Of a stretch of DNA of 64,000 nt, positions 11,089-21,289 are shown piece by piece (the stretch's first letter is position 1; every line of letters begins with the position of its first letter). The DNA comes from an uncultured bacterium. GTDB lineage: Bacteria; Patescibacteriota; JACMRA01. Where the stretch lies: positions 1,088,001 to 1,152,000 of the forward strand of contig OY969926.1 in assembly GCA_963704645.1 (NCBI GenBank), in the 5' to 3' direction. Made by a program: the position numbers and the translations under genes. The notes under the pieces were generated by a model that did not search any database, was not told the DNA's origin, and was given only the letters and a program-made list of their open reading frames with translations.

Positions 11089-11349
11089 ACATTTTCTCCC
11101 AATAAAAAAAGCTTGTACCGTAAAATACAAACCTTTTATAAAATTTAATCTAAACTGCAACTATTTTTAAGCCTTTGTTTGGCTTTATTAAACTCATCGG
11201 AGTTTGATATATTTTGATAATAGTATTGATTGTCCTCTACAACTTGAATAAGATATGCAAGCATACTACAGCTATCAAGTTCATCTAAGTATTTATCGTA
11301 TAGCTCAGCTAGATATGTATTCTGGCTAGTGAGCCAACATAAATGTAAA

Positions 11350-12096
11350 GGGTCTAGATAAGTTAAGAAAAATTAATAGGGTTTTCTCTGATTAGTTTTA
11401 AAACTATTTGGTAAAGATTATTTTGTCTATTATTAAATCTAAATTCTGTTTCTTTTAGATGCAAATAAAAATTATTCTTTGTTCCATTAAACTTAATCAA
11501 TCTTCTTTTAGCATAAGCCCAGAAACTTTCTATTCCATTAATATGATTTTTACCTCTAGCAAATTCATCACGAGAATGAAATATTCTATAGTGTTTATAA
11601 CCCTCTGTAATTAAACCATTGTAACTTTTCCAACCATCTGTATAAACAGTTGTGTCTTCAAGTATTTTTCCTTTAATTATTGGTAATAATTCTTTTTTAT
11701 CTACTTTATTAACAATTTGAGTATATACTTTACCATTCCTTTTTAAAAGTCCAAATACCACTGTTTTACCTTTAGCTCCTCTGCCTCTCTTTCCTCTAAT
11801 TCTTCTAGAGCCAAAATAACTTTCATCAAGTTCTACTTCACCTGATACTTTTTCAATATTTAATCCTTCTTGTAACTTAAATATTTTAACCCTAATTTCA
11901 TGGAATATTTTAGTAATTGTAACTCTACTAATTCCACATAACTTAGAACTATCTGTAGCGTTTAAATCCGCACAAAATAGTTTAGCTATTTCTCTAAATT
12001 TTGCTTCAGAAATACGTGAACGCTGGATATACTTGTTTTTCATTGTTATGATAAGCTATAATGAACAATTAGATTGTTGTCAGCTTATCTAGACCC
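11350..12096 (-). mobile_element. IS1595-family (IS1016-like) insertion sequence, 747 bp
   Basis: TIR GGGTCTAGATAAG at both ends; 7-bp direct repeat ATGTAAA at 11343-11349 and 12097-12103. Confidence 0.9.
11363..12043 (-). CDS. IS1595-family transposase
   Basis: VELDESYFG, RGRGAKGK, YTDGW, HINGIESFW, LKETEFRFN motifs. Confidence 0.92.
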   Translation of the reverse strand: MKNKYIQRSRISEAKFREIAKLFCADLNATDSSKLCGISRVTITKIFHEIRVKIFKLQEGLNIEKVSGEVELDESYFGSRRIRGKRGRGAKGKTVVFGLLKRNGKVYTQIVNKVDKKELLPIIKGKILEDTTVYTDGWKSYNGLITEGYKHYRIFHSRDEFARGKNHINGIESFWAYAKRRLIKFNGTKNNFYLHLKETEFRFNNRQNNLYQIVLKLIRENPINFS

Positions 12097-12235
12097 ATGT
12101 AAATATACCTTGTTAGCACAGTCACCGCTAATTATTTGTCTGTTACCAGAATTATTCAATTCCTCCTCCGTTATTATTTTGTAATAAAATAAACCTAAAC
12201 TAAGTTTAACGTACAATTTTATAGCTTTGTCAAAG

Positions 12236-13588
12236 CTATTTTAAGCCGGCAATTAATTCCTTTTTAATTCCAAGTTGCTGGGTGAAACGTTCTTCAGATT
12301 GGCTAATTACTTGGCTGGCTATATCTAAAATATCTTGGGTAGAACGGTAGTTTAAAGACAGAACAATTTCTTTACTTTGGGGGAAATTTTGTTTGAACTT
12401 CCACAAATTTTGAATGTTTGCCCCTTGAAATTTGTAAATAGCTTGGTCGTCGTCACCTACTACTAAAACGTTTGGTTGAAAATCTGGAATATTTGAATGC
12501 AGCAAATTTAAAAGCAAGCGCAATTGCACCCCATTTGTGTCTTGAAATTCATCTACCAGAATAAATTGGTACTTTTCTTGCAAGTTAAAAGCCAATTCAG
12601 GGTTTTCCTGGTCTTCAAATTTATTCACAACCTGCATTAACATATCTGCAAAATCGTAGAAACATTGCTTGTGCATTTCTTGCTGATACTTCGTATAAAC
12701 TTCAATTAAAGCTTCCTGTTTAGTTAATTTAGCAGTTTCTTTAAACACTAATTTTTCAAATTTATTTTTTTCTAAATTACTACTTTTCCATGCAGTTAAA
12801 GGCTTTGTACTGTCACTTTCTTGTATTTCTAAATTAGCTTGTTGAATACTTAACAACATGCTTTCAGCTAAACTTGGATATATTTTCGCCCAATTGTAAG
12901 CTAAATTTTCAGTTTGCTCCACAGTAATTTTTTGAATATGTTTAGATGCAATACTTTCAAAATTTGAATAAAATTCTGGCCAAATTTCTAATGTTTTTTT
13001 GGAAACTGTAGCATAAAACTGTTCTGGAATAATGTTGTTAATTTCAGATAAAAAAGAGCTATTGACTGCGGTTATCTCCGCCAAATCTACTTCAGAAATT
13101 CCACCTTGTTTTAAACGCTGAATAGAGTCTAAAGAATCGTTTAAATATATAAAATCATGGTCTTGGCTGAATTTAGAAAGAGGGTTTTCAAAACCTAAAT
13201 TTTCAAAAATACTACGAAGAATTGTATATTGGCCAACTTCATCTACGGGCTGATAATTAACTCCAAAAAAGAACTGTTCTGGGTTTTGGTTAATTATTTC
13301 GCTGCCGAAACTATGAAAAGTATGAAAAGCCACCTGGTTAGCTTGAGCACCAATTAAACTATGAAGTCTTTTTCTCATGTTGCTGGCAGCGGCTTCGGTA
13401 AAAGATAGACACAGCACGGAAGAAGGCAAACTGTCTGTTAATTTCAAAATTTGCCCAATACGCATAGAAAGAATTTGGGTTTTACCACTTCCAGGCCCAG
13501 CCAAAACAATTACAGGGCCATAAATTGCTTCTACAGCTTCTTTTTGAGCTTGGTTTAATTTGCTAAATTCTAAATCAAAATTGTTCAC
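12236..13588 (-). CDS. UvrD/PcrA-like SF1 helicase, N-terminal half only
   Basis: LNQAQ, AGPGSGKT, TFHS, VDEFQD, VGDDDQAIY, LNYRS; ends shortly after motif IV. Confidence 0.85.
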   Translation of the reverse strand: MNNFDLEFSKLNQAQKEAVEAIYGPVIVLAGPGSGKTQILSMRIGQILKLTDSLPSSVLCLSFTEAAASNMRKRLHSLIGAQANQVAFHTFHSFGSEIINQNPEQFFFGVNYQPVDEVGQYTILRSIFENLGFENPLSKFSQDHDFIYLNDSLDSIQRLKQGGISEVDLAEITAVNSSFLSEINNIIPEQFYATVSKKTLEIWPEFYSNFESIASKHIQKITVEQTENLAYNWAKIYPSLAESMLLSIQQANLEIQESDSTKPLTAWKSSNLEKNKFEKLVFKETAKLTKQEALIEVYTKYQQEMHKQCFYDFADMLMQVVNKFEDQENPELAFNLQEKYQFILVDEFQDTNGVQLRLLLNLLHSNIPDFQPNVLVVGDDDQAIYKFQGANIQNLWKFKQNFPQSKEIVLSLNYRSTQDILDIASQVISQSEERFTQQLGIKKELIAGLK

Positions 13589-13706
13589 CTTTTAGAAATG
13601 AACGAATTAAGAAAAATGGGCAAGAAAAAAAGCCCTACTCATAATTTAGTGGGCTTTATTAAAACATCAGCTTTAGAAACAAAGACAAATCAAGGCTGTT
13701 TATTAT

Positions 13707-14006
13707 TTAATTTTGAGAAACTAAAGGAGCTTCATCTTGCAAGTTTAGCCAAGCAAATATACTTTCTTGTTTGCAAAGTTTAGCAAGAACTCCAAGATCT
13801 GACAAAATTATTTTTTCTAGGTCATTTAAAAGTTCATTTTCTAACTTCTGAATTGAATCTGCCCAGTTTTCCTCATCAAAAAAAATTGACAACAAAGATT
13901 CTAAATCTTCATACCCACACTCTTGATTTTTTTGAGCCGTCCAAATTTTTTTCAGTGCCTGCAACATCTTTTGTTGAAATTCATCAAGATTGCAAATTGC
14001 ATCCAT
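13707..14006 (-). CDS. Hypothetical acidic protein
   Basis: 99-aa ORF, ATG preceded by AAAGGA. Confidence 0.5.
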   Translation of the reverse strand: MDAICNLDEFQQKMLQALKKIWTAQKNQECGYEDLESLLSIFFDEENWADSIQKLENELLNDLEKIILSDLGVLAKLCKQESIFAWLNLQDEAPLVSQN

Positions 14007-14159
14007 AATGACAAATCCTTTTATTCAATAGAATAAACTTACAAAACCAAAGCACCATTAACATGTCAACAAATTTTACCAGAATTAGATATTCATCCAC
14101 CCACTAATTTTCACCCAATATTTAAGAGGAGCTACAGTTGTAAACTCCTCTTTTTTATT

Positions 14160-14357
14160 TTAAACCTTGGCAGTATTTAAGCACCCCGCCTTAACTTTAT
14201 CAAAAACTGTCTGAATAAATTCTGCTCGATAGTGGCTGTACCGTGTGTACAAACTTTCCAAAATAGCTAAATCAGTTTTTCCACTGTCAAGTAAGTCCCG
14301 AATATCATTTTCCAAATTCAAATCAGTCATTCTAATTCTCCAATTAGTAAATTCCAA
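14160..14357 (-). CDS. Small hypothetical protein
   Basis: Short ORF (start perhaps M at 14330) followed by hairpin 14126-14155. Confidence 0.35.
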   Translation of the reverse strand: MEFTNWRIRMTDLNLENDIRDLLDSGKTDLAILESLYTRYSHYRAEFIQTVFDKVKAGCLNTAKV

Positions 14358-14418
14358 AAACTATTCTAGTTAAACATTTTGGAATAAATTAGTCAAAAAA
14401 AGCCCCGGATTGCGCTAC

Positions 14419-14484
14419 TTAAACCCCAAAATATTTCTTCAATTTGGAAAATACATTAGCTCCTACCAGTTCGTAGACTAGTTC
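14419..14484 (-). repeat. Displaced duplicate of the uvrC 3' end
   Basis: 66 bp, 58/66 identical to 16251-16316; encodes ELVYELVGANVFSKLKKYFGV*. Confidence 0.85.
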
Positions 14485-14506
14485 TTGACAAAAATATTGT
14501 ATATAT

Positions 14507-14989
14507 ATGGTCAATTCATTCCTTATTGGAATAATTAACTTAACTGCAGGTGTACACTTGATTACCACTACTGCCACTTTGCCAGATTCTAAGCTTGAAA
14601 AAAATGCCGTCATTTTAGAAGCTGTTATGAATCACAATTTCAGCGATGTTATTGCTTATATTAAAAGTAAAAATGTTGTTGAGGAATCTAAAATTCCTGA
14701 GCTTCTAAAGCAATATCAACTGTACATGTATTTGCGTGCCGTTGAGTCTTTTTCTTTGGCAATGTCTTGCACAAAAATTGACGCAATTTGGCATGCTCAC
14801 ATTCTTGACACAGAAGACTACGCTCAATTCTGTTACAAAATTAACAGCGGTCAAATGATTCATCATCGCCCTTCAACAAAACACAAATGTGTTGGAGAAT
14901 GTTCAGACCTAGCCACCATGGAAAGGCTCTACAAGAAACATTTCGGAGATGAAGGCTTTTGGGGAGGTAGTGTAAACATTTGCTGGTAG
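14507..14989 (+). CDS. Glycine-rich-domain-protein-like (GRDP/DUF1399-like) protein
   Basis: IDAIWHAHILDTEDYAQFC...IHHRP motif. Confidence 0.6.
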   Translation: MVNSFLIGIINLTAGVHLITTTATLPDSKLEKNAVILEAVMNHNFSDVIAYIKSKNVVEESKIPELLKQYQLYMYLRAVESFSLAMSCTKIDAIWHAHILDTEDYAQFCYKINSGQMIHHRPSTKHKCVGECSDLATMERLYKKHFGDEGFWGGSVNICW

Positions 14990-15071
14990 ATTAATACCTG
15001 CGTTGGCCTTTAACTAAAACTTAGGCATATATAAAGTGGACTTGTAATGAGTCCACATTTTAAATTTTTTT

Positions 15072-15716
15072 ATGCTGTCATTATTTGATTTTAAAGAAAA
15101 AGCACCGAAAATAGAAAAGCCAATTGCGAAGGTAATTAGTGGCACTTCTGAAGTATGGAATAACGGTAAGCAAATATTTTCTGGAGATAAAATTATTGGT
15201 GGACATAATGTTTGCCACCCTTTAATTCATGTCTTATGTAACAACTTGGGAATAATAGAGGTTAAGCCTACTTCATCAACTGATGAGTGCCTAACAATTG
15301 GCCTAAGTCTTAGTCTTGTACCAGCATTTGAGAAAGATTTTAGAGTTTTAGGAGTTAAAGATATTAACACCGAATGGCAAAGACTTGAATTTTTATTCAA
15401 AAGATATTTACCTCAATTAGACCAAGATGAAGTAAGTCTTACAAACTTATCAAAAGTTTTTAAATTGTCTCGCTTGCTTGGTAAAAGGCTTAAAGATAAT
15501 CAAACATATAATACCGATAATATAAACGATTTGTATAGCCTACATATTGATTGGTACGAAAATAAAGAAGATAAATTACCCTTCCTGCTTTCAATAGAAA
15601 CCGATGCTTCTGAAAAATTATTGAAACCAGACTCAACAAATTATCAACAAGTTAAAGGGCTAATTGATTTAATTAACAAATTAATCGCTCAGCTTCCAAA
15701 TTATTTAAAGAATTAA
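15072..15716 (+). CDS. Hypothetical protein
   Basis: 214-aa ORF, coupled to the downstream GNAT. Confidence 0.55.
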   Translation: MLSLFDFKEKAPKIEKPIAKVISGTSEVWNNGKQIFSGDKIIGGHNVCHPLIHVLCNNLGIIEVKPTSSTDECLTIGLSLSLVPAFEKDFRVLGVKDINTEWQRLEFLFKRYLPQLDQDEVSLTNLSKVFKLSRLLGKRLKDNQTYNTDNINDLYSLHIDWYENKEDKLPFLLSIETDASEKLLKPDSTNYQQVKGLIDLINKLIAQLPNYLKN

Positions 15717-15717
15717 T

Positions 15718-16233
15718 ATGTTAAATAAAATTGATTTTATAATTGAACCAGCATTGAAAGAAGATTATAAAAGTCTAAATTGGGTTAATAAACAAACTTG
15801 GTTGCACACTTACCCTAATGAAGAAAACAAAATAACTTTAGAGGATATTAAAAACTTGCCTTGGACTAAATTTGAGGGAGACTGGAGAACAAAACTTGCA
15901 TCTTTTGAGGAAGGTTTATACTACTTTAAAGCCAAAATTGATAATAAAATTGTTGGATTTATTGTAATTAAAGAGTTGGCGGAATTTATAGCCATCGGCT
16001 CCATATACATTTTACCAAATTATCAGAATCTGGGAATAGGATCAGGTCTTGTAAATCACGCACTTAAATTTGTTTCAAAGCAAAAACCAATTGTAATTAA
16101 AGTTGCTGAATACAACCTAAACTCAATTAATTTCTACAAAAAACTTGGTTTTGTTTACGATGAAAAAATATCCGATTTTCAACTATCTCCAAATAAAGCT
16201 ATTCCGCAAATTAAAATGGTTTGGAATAGATAA
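15718..16233 (+). CDS. GNAT family N-acetyltransferase
   Basis: YILPNYQNLGIGSGL acetyl-CoA motif; N..SINFYKKLGF. Confidence 0.88.
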   Translation: MLNKIDFIIEPALKEDYKSLNWVNKQTWLHTYPNEENKITLEDIKNLPWTKFEGDWRTKLASFEEGLYYFKAKIDNKIVGFIVIKELAEFIAIGSIYILPNYQNLGIGSGLVNHALKFVSKQKPIVIKVAEYNLNSINFYKKLGFVYDEKISDFQLSPNKAIPQIKMVWNR

Positions 16234-16250
16234 AGCTCAAAAAAACACCC

Positions 16251-17270
16251 CTAAACTCCAAAATACTTCTTCAATTTAGAAAATACATTGGCTCCAACCA
16301 GTTCGTGGATTAGTTCAGGGTTCTTATCTATAGCTGTGGCAATTGCAGCAACCGATCCGAAGGTGGAAAGCAGCTTTTGCTTAGTTACAGGGCCTATTCC
16401 AATAATATCGTCTAGTTGACTTTTAGAAATAGTTTTAAGTCTGGCATTGCGGTTGTTAGTAATGGCAAATCTATGGGCCTCATCACGAATACGTTGCATC
16501 ATAAATCTGGACTGGCCTTCCAATAAAACAGGAGCGCTTTGGTTTGGTAAAAACACTTCTTCCTCTTTTTTAGCCAAAGAACAAATTTCAATTTTACTCA
16601 ATAAGTTAAATTCAGTTAGCACCATTTCATCTGAACTTAATTGACCTTTTCCGCCGTCTACAATAATTAAATCTGGTAATTCCCAAGGGTTTGGCTTTGG
16701 TGTTGCCGCCAATCTTAAGTCTTTATCTTGGTTTTGCAATGCGCCCAGATCCAGTTTTTCTTGGCATTCAAAATACTTTTTAATTCTACGGGTTAAAACT
16801 TCTCTATGATTGGCAAAATCGTCGTTTTGTTCCTTAGTTTTGAACAATCTATAATCTTTTGAGGAAGGTCTTCCGTCTTTAAAAACAACCATTGAACCAT
16901 AAACAAATTTACCCGAAAGATGGGAAATATCGTAACATTCCATTCTTCTTGGAACTTTTTTCAAACCAAGCTTTTGCTGAATTTCCACCAAGGCCAGATA
17001 TAGGTTATTTTCCTCAAAAATGTTCAGCCTTTGCCCCAATTGCTGTCTTTGTAAATAAATAAAAGCGTTTTGTTTAGCTAAATCTTGCAACTGCGAAATT
17101 TCAATTTGGTTTTCTTGCATTACATTGCGCAAATAAACCTCAGTTCCAGCTAGTTCAGCTAAATTATCTTTTTGCTGAGTAGTTAAATTCACTCTAACCA
17201 AGGCGGTGTTATTTTGTAAATCTGGATTCAAAGGTAGATTTTCAGGAAGTAAAGCGGAATTGTCTTGCAT
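16251..17270 (-). CDS. uvrC: UvrC C-terminal module (RNase H-like endonuclease + HhH), no GIY-YIG domain
   Basis: RMECYDISH, DDFA, PDLIIVDGGKGQL, LAKKEE, RIRDEAHRFA, GIGP. Confidence 0.85.
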   Translation of the reverse strand: MQDNSALLPENLPLNPDLQNNTALVRVNLTTQQKDNLAELAGTEVYLRNVMQENQIEISQLQDLAKQNAFIYLQRQQLGQRLNIFEENNLYLALVEIQQKLGLKKVPRRMECYDISHLSGKFVYGSMVVFKDGRPSSKDYRLFKTKEQNDDFANHREVLTRRIKKYFECQEKLDLGALQNQDKDLRLAATPKPNPWELPDLIIVDGGKGQLSSDEMVLTEFNLLSKIEICSLAKKEEEVFLPNQSAPVLLEGQSRFMMQRIRDEAHRFAITNNRNARLKTISKSQLDDIIGIGPVTKQKLLSTFGSVAAIATAIDKNPELIHELVGANVFSKLKKYFGV

Positions 17271-17313
17271 GGTTGTTAATTAAGACAACACAAAGTTTAA
17301 ACAAAAAGCAAAT

Positions 17314-19854
17314 TTAAACTACAACTTCTTCTAAAATTTGAATTTTTTTGGCTTTTACCTTTATTTCTTCATCTTTAACATCTACAATTAAATTCATAGT
17401 TGTTGGGTGATCTAGTAAGAATTCTGCTAGCGGGTCTTGCAAGTATCTTGCCACTAAACCTTTTACTTCTCTTGCCCCGTATTCTAACTTTTGATTGGCT
17501 TTATTTGCCACAAAGTTAACAAGTTCTTCTGTGAAAGAAACTGTTCTTCCTTGCTTTAACAAATGATTTTGTAGGAACCCGAACTCTTTGGAAATAATTT
17601 GGTTCAAAACTGACCTTGATATTGGCTTGAAAACAACTTTTCCGGTCAATCTTCCTAAAATTTCTGGCTTAACTGTTTTTTCAACAGTTTCCATTACCTG
17701 CTTTTTAAGACTGACGTAATCTTCTTCTTCCTCGTTTGTTAGCTCGGTAAAGCCAATTTTAGAAGCAAATTTATTTAGTTTGTTTTTACCCAAATTACTT
17801 GTTAGAAATATTAAAGCGTTGTTACAACCAACACTTACACCTTTGGAATCAGTAATTTTTCCATCTTCCAACATTTGCAGCAAAATATTCATTACTTCAG
17901 GATGAGCTTTTTCAATTTCATCAAAAAGTACTACTGAATAAGGTCTTTTCCTTAAGAATTCTGTAAGTTGTGGAGCATCATCATAACCCACATAACCAGC
18001 AGGAGCACCAAGTAAACGGCTTAAACTATGCTTTTCTCTAAATTCTGACATATCTATTTTAAGAAGATATTTATCTGGGTTACCGTATAATTCTTTAGTT
18101 AGAATTTTTACCATTTCAGTTTTTCCAACTCCAGTAGGACCCAATAACAAGAAAGATGCAATTGGCCCAGTGTGAGGGCTAACCCCAGCGTAAGAACGTT
18201 TTAATGCTTGAGTAATTTCTGTAGTAGCTTCTGTCTGCCCAAAAATTTGCTGATCTAAAGCCTTTTTCATGTCTTTAATTTGGGTAAAAATATTATTACT
18301 AATACGCACAATTGGAACACCAGAAATTTCTGAAACTACTTTTTCTAAAAGCTCCAAAGTAACTACGCTTTTTTCTTTAGCTTCTTTGTTGGGAACATTT
18401 AAGCTAGAAAGTTTTTGCTCTAGTTCACGCTGATCTTGTTCAAACTTCTCAGAAAGTTCAAAGTTTTGATTCAAAATTGCTTCATTTTTCTGCTTAATTA
18501 AATCTAAAATTTGCTTTTCAACATCGGCCCAACTATTTTCAGAATCTTTGTTTAACTTAGTTTCACCATGAGCTATAATTCTTGAGCGCACCAAGGTTTC
18601 GTCTAGCAAATCTATAGCTTTATCTGGGAAAAATCTTTCAGGAATAAATCTGTCGGCAAGCTCAACCAACTTTGGCACTAATTCATCTGGGAAAATTGCG
18701 TTGTGATAGTTTTCGTACAAGCTTTTTGTACCTCGCAAAATATTAATGGTTTGGGTTGTATCTGGTTCATCAAGTCTAATTGCCTGGAAACGTCTTTCAA
18801 AGGCTTTATCCTTTTTTACAATTGTTCTGTATTCGTCTTCGGTTGTTGCTCCAATAATACTAATTTCTCCACGAGACAAGGCTGGCTTTAACATTTGCAC
18901 CAAATCTGGCCCAGCACTACTTCCACTACTTCCAGCTCCTGAAGCGGTATGAACTTCATCAATAAACAAAATTACGTCCTTAGCCTCAACTATTTCTTCC
19001 AAAATAGCTTTTACACGCTGTTCAAACTCTCCTCTAAAAACTGAACCTGCAATTAAATTACCAACGTCCAAACTTAAAATACGTTTGTCGTGTAACCAAT
19101 CTGGAACTTTTCCTGTGTTAATGCGCTTGGCAAGACCTTCTACCAAGGCTGTTTTTCCAACACCAGGTTCACCCAACAAAATTGGATTGTTCTTTAGCTT
19201 TCTGCTTAAAATTTGAATTAGACGTTCAATTTCTTTATCTCTTTCCACTAAATCGAAGTTGTTTTCAGCTTTTACTTTCTGGTTTAAATCTACAGTGAAA
19301 AATTCTAAAGCAGAGTCTTTATTATTTCTTTTTGTTTTCTTGGCAGTCGCCCCACTTCTAATTTCCTCGCTTTTTACCCCTTTGCCGTAACTTATGAATA
19401 ACGAGTTTAAAATATCTTTTAGCTTTTGACTGCTATTGTCTGTTAAATTCATTAAAGCTCGACCATGAGAATTTGGCGTGTCTAAAATTCCAAAAACTAA
19501 ATGTTCAATTCCAATATAATTATAGCTGAAACTGTCTGCAACACGTAAAGCTGAATCTATACATTGTTGAAGTTCTTCTGTAATTTCTGGCAACCAACTA
19601 TTAGTTTCGGTTTTACCCTTATTGTAATTTTGGAATCTTTCCAAACCCTGTCTTCTAATTATTTCTAGAAGTTCTTGGTTGGAAATGTTGTCCATGAAAG
19701 AAATTTGAAATGGTAAATCGCCTTGAGGTTGAGACAAAATGCCAAACAAGACATGCTCACTGCCAATATAGTTATGGCCAAGCTGAATAGCAATTTGCTG
19801 AGCTACAGCTAAAGCATTTTTAGATCTAGCATCAAATTTTGGTAAAGACGGCAT
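17314..19854 (-). CDS. clpC: ATP-dependent Clp protease ATP-binding subunit (ClpC-like)
   Basis: Clp-N domain, two AAA+ modules (GEPGVGKT, GPTGVGKT), UVR-type M domain. Confidence 0.9.
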   Translation of the reverse strand: MPSLPKFDARSKNALAVAQQIAIQLGHNYIGSEHVLFGILSQPQGDLPFQISFMDNISNQELLEIIRRQGLERFQNYNKGKTETNSWLPEITEELQQCIDSALRVADSFSYNYIGIEHLVFGILDTPNSHGRALMNLTDNSSQKLKDILNSLFISYGKGVKSEEIRSGATAKKTKRNNKDSALEFFTVDLNQKVKAENNFDLVERDKEIERLIQILSRKLKNNPILLGEPGVGKTALVEGLAKRINTGKVPDWLHDKRILSLDVGNLIAGSVFRGEFEQRVKAILEEIVEAKDVILFIDEVHTASGAGSSGSSAGPDLVQMLKPALSRGEISIIGATTEDEYRTIVKKDKAFERRFQAIRLDEPDTTQTINILRGTKSLYENYHNAIFPDELVPKLVELADRFIPERFFPDKAIDLLDETLVRSRIIAHGETKLNKDSENSWADVEKQILDLIKQKNEAILNQNFELSEKFEQDQRELEQKLSSLNVPNKEAKEKSVVTLELLEKVVSEISGVPIVRISNNIFTQIKDMKKALDQQIFGQTEATTEITQALKRSYAGVSPHTGPIASFLLLGPTGVGKTEMVKILTKELYGNPDKYLLKIDMSEFREKHSLSRLLGAPAGYVGYDDAPQLTEFLRKRPYSVVLFDEIEKAHPEVMNILLQMLEDGKITDSKGVSVGCNNALIFLTSNLGKNKLNKFASKIGFTELTNEEEEDYVSLKKQVMETVEKTVKPEILGRLTGKVVFKPISRSVLNQIISKEFGFLQNHLLKQGRTVSFTEELVNFVANKANQKLEYGAREVKGLVARYLQDPLAEFLLDHPTTMNLIVDVKDEEIKVKAKKIQILEEVVV

Positions 19855-19961
19855 ATGAAATTAGTTTTAAAAGTTAATTTGAAATATAAAATTATTTTTA
19901 TTATAGATGTGCTTATTATATTGTAAGTATCTAATTTACAGAATAGAAAAATTTTCCAATC

Positions 19962-19988
19962 TTGGCAAGTACTAATTTAGGTTGCTAA
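19962..19988. promoter_or_regulatory. Degenerate CIRCE-like inverted repeat upstream of clpC
   Basis: TTGGCAAGT-N9-GGTTGCTAA versus CIRCE consensus TTAGCACTC-N9-GAGTGCTAA. Confidence 0.3.
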
Positions 19989-20365
19989 GAAAGGATGTAG
20001 ATTTTAGAGTTGAATTTTCCGAAAAAAAAGAAAAGCCTCCCATTACGAAATAGTAATGAGGGCAAAGTAACAATTATGCTTACTGAAAGTGCTACCTTTT
20101 ATTTTGGTAGTTCCTGCTGGGGCTCCACAGCTTTTGGTAATAATGTATCAAGTGGATCTACATGGGCTGTAAAACCGCTTGGGAAATTAAATGGAGAGTT
20201 TATCAGTAAATTTGCATCAGGTTGATTATTTTTTACCACACTTGTCTGTTGATAAAAATCAGTCACAAGGCCGCTACTAGAATTCTTCAGCATATTTATT
20301 TGCTCCTTAAGTTTAAATCCAGCTTTGTTTAAGCCAAACACTTAATTCCAAACACATTTTTAAAA

Positions 20366-21244
20366 CTAAGGCAAGTATTTCCCTAAAAAACTTCTGCGGT
20401 GAATTGGAGTAAATCCAAATTCTTTTATGGCCGTAATATGTTTAGCCGTTCCATAGCCCATATTGCTTTGTAAATAATATTCTGGATAGTTTTTGGAATA
20501 TTCAATCATAATTTCATCTCTAAATTGTTTAGCTAAATTGGAAGCTAGAGCTATGCTTAAAAATTTATCATCACCAAAGTTTTCTTCAGTAATTTCTAGG
20601 TTGGCATTTTTAAGAATTGATCCTAATTCGTTCGCTGCTAAAATTTTTTGGATGTTCTCCTTTCCAAGTTTTAAGGATAATAAAATGTGTAAATTCTCCT
20701 GTAAAATTAAATTTAAGAGTTCTACTTGATAACTTTCTTGCAACTTCAAAGTTCCGTCTAAAAATAAATGGCTTTTTAAATATTCAGGGTTTATTTCAGA
20801 AAGGAGGAGAAGACCAAAAGCCAGTAAATGCCGAATACAAACTGCAATTCCATATTCATCAATTAAGCTTGAACTGGCTTGCAAAACTATGTTAAACGGT
20901 GATATTTCCCCAACCTTTTCAGCGACTTCTTTTCTAAATTTCGCAGTGGTTTTTTTGCTATCACGCAACTTTTGCCAGAAGGGTTTTTGAGTAAAAAGGG
21001 AGTCCAAGCTTTGCGTTGACTTAGCAAGTTTATCAAGCTCAATCTCGTGGATATTACTCTCAGTTAGAGCAGTAACAGAGTCTAAAGCGATTGATTTCGT
21101 ACTATTACTATTAATATGCCTGTATGTATAAACCCCCACTTCAACTGGAAGTACTACAAGTCCAACGCAAACAGGACCTGCCACTGGGCCTCTACCCACT
21201 TCGTCTACTCCAACCTGCCATTGTTTTAATTCTTGGATTTCCAT
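20366..21244 (-). CDS. rnhB: Ribonuclease HII with insertions
   Basis: GVDEVGRGPVAGP, RDSKK, IALASNLAK..RD, GYGTAKH, HRRSF. Confidence 0.92.
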   Translation of the reverse strand: MEIQELKQWQVGVDEVGRGPVAGPVCVGLVVLPVEVGVYTYRHINSNSTKSIALDSVTALTESNIHEIELDKLAKSTQSLDSLFTQKPFWQKLRDSKKTTAKFRKEVAEKVGEISPFNIVLQASSSLIDEYGIAVCIRHLLAFGLLLLSEINPEYLKSHLFLDGTLKLQESYQVELLNLILQENLHILLSLKLGKENIQKILAANELGSILKNANLEITEENFGDDKFLSIALASNLAKQFRDEIMIEYSKNYPEYYLQSNMGYGTAKHITAIKEFGFTPIHRRSFLGKYLP

Positions 21245-21289
21245 ATTTAGGATGTTTAAGCTACGTCCAACTCTTTATTAAAAGCCTAA

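Larger units (their letters stand above)
11145..12159 (-). pseudogene. Small hypothetical gene (~86 aa) interrupted by IS1595
   Basis: Removing 11350-12096 and one target duplication gives an open frame from TTG (12159, after GGAGGAGG) to TAA (11145): LNNSGNRQIISGDCANKVYLH|LCWLTSQNTYLAELYDKYLDELD...SCSLD. Confidence 0.6.

Noticed and set aside
14419-14613. 64-aa minus-strand ORF as a real gene
   Set aside because: Only its last 21 codons are meaningful (uvrC duplicate); the rest overlaps the plus-strand gene.
20099-20341. 80-aa ORF between rnhB and clpC
   Set aside because: No motif, weak start and a competing antisense ORF; cannot be supported beyond possible.
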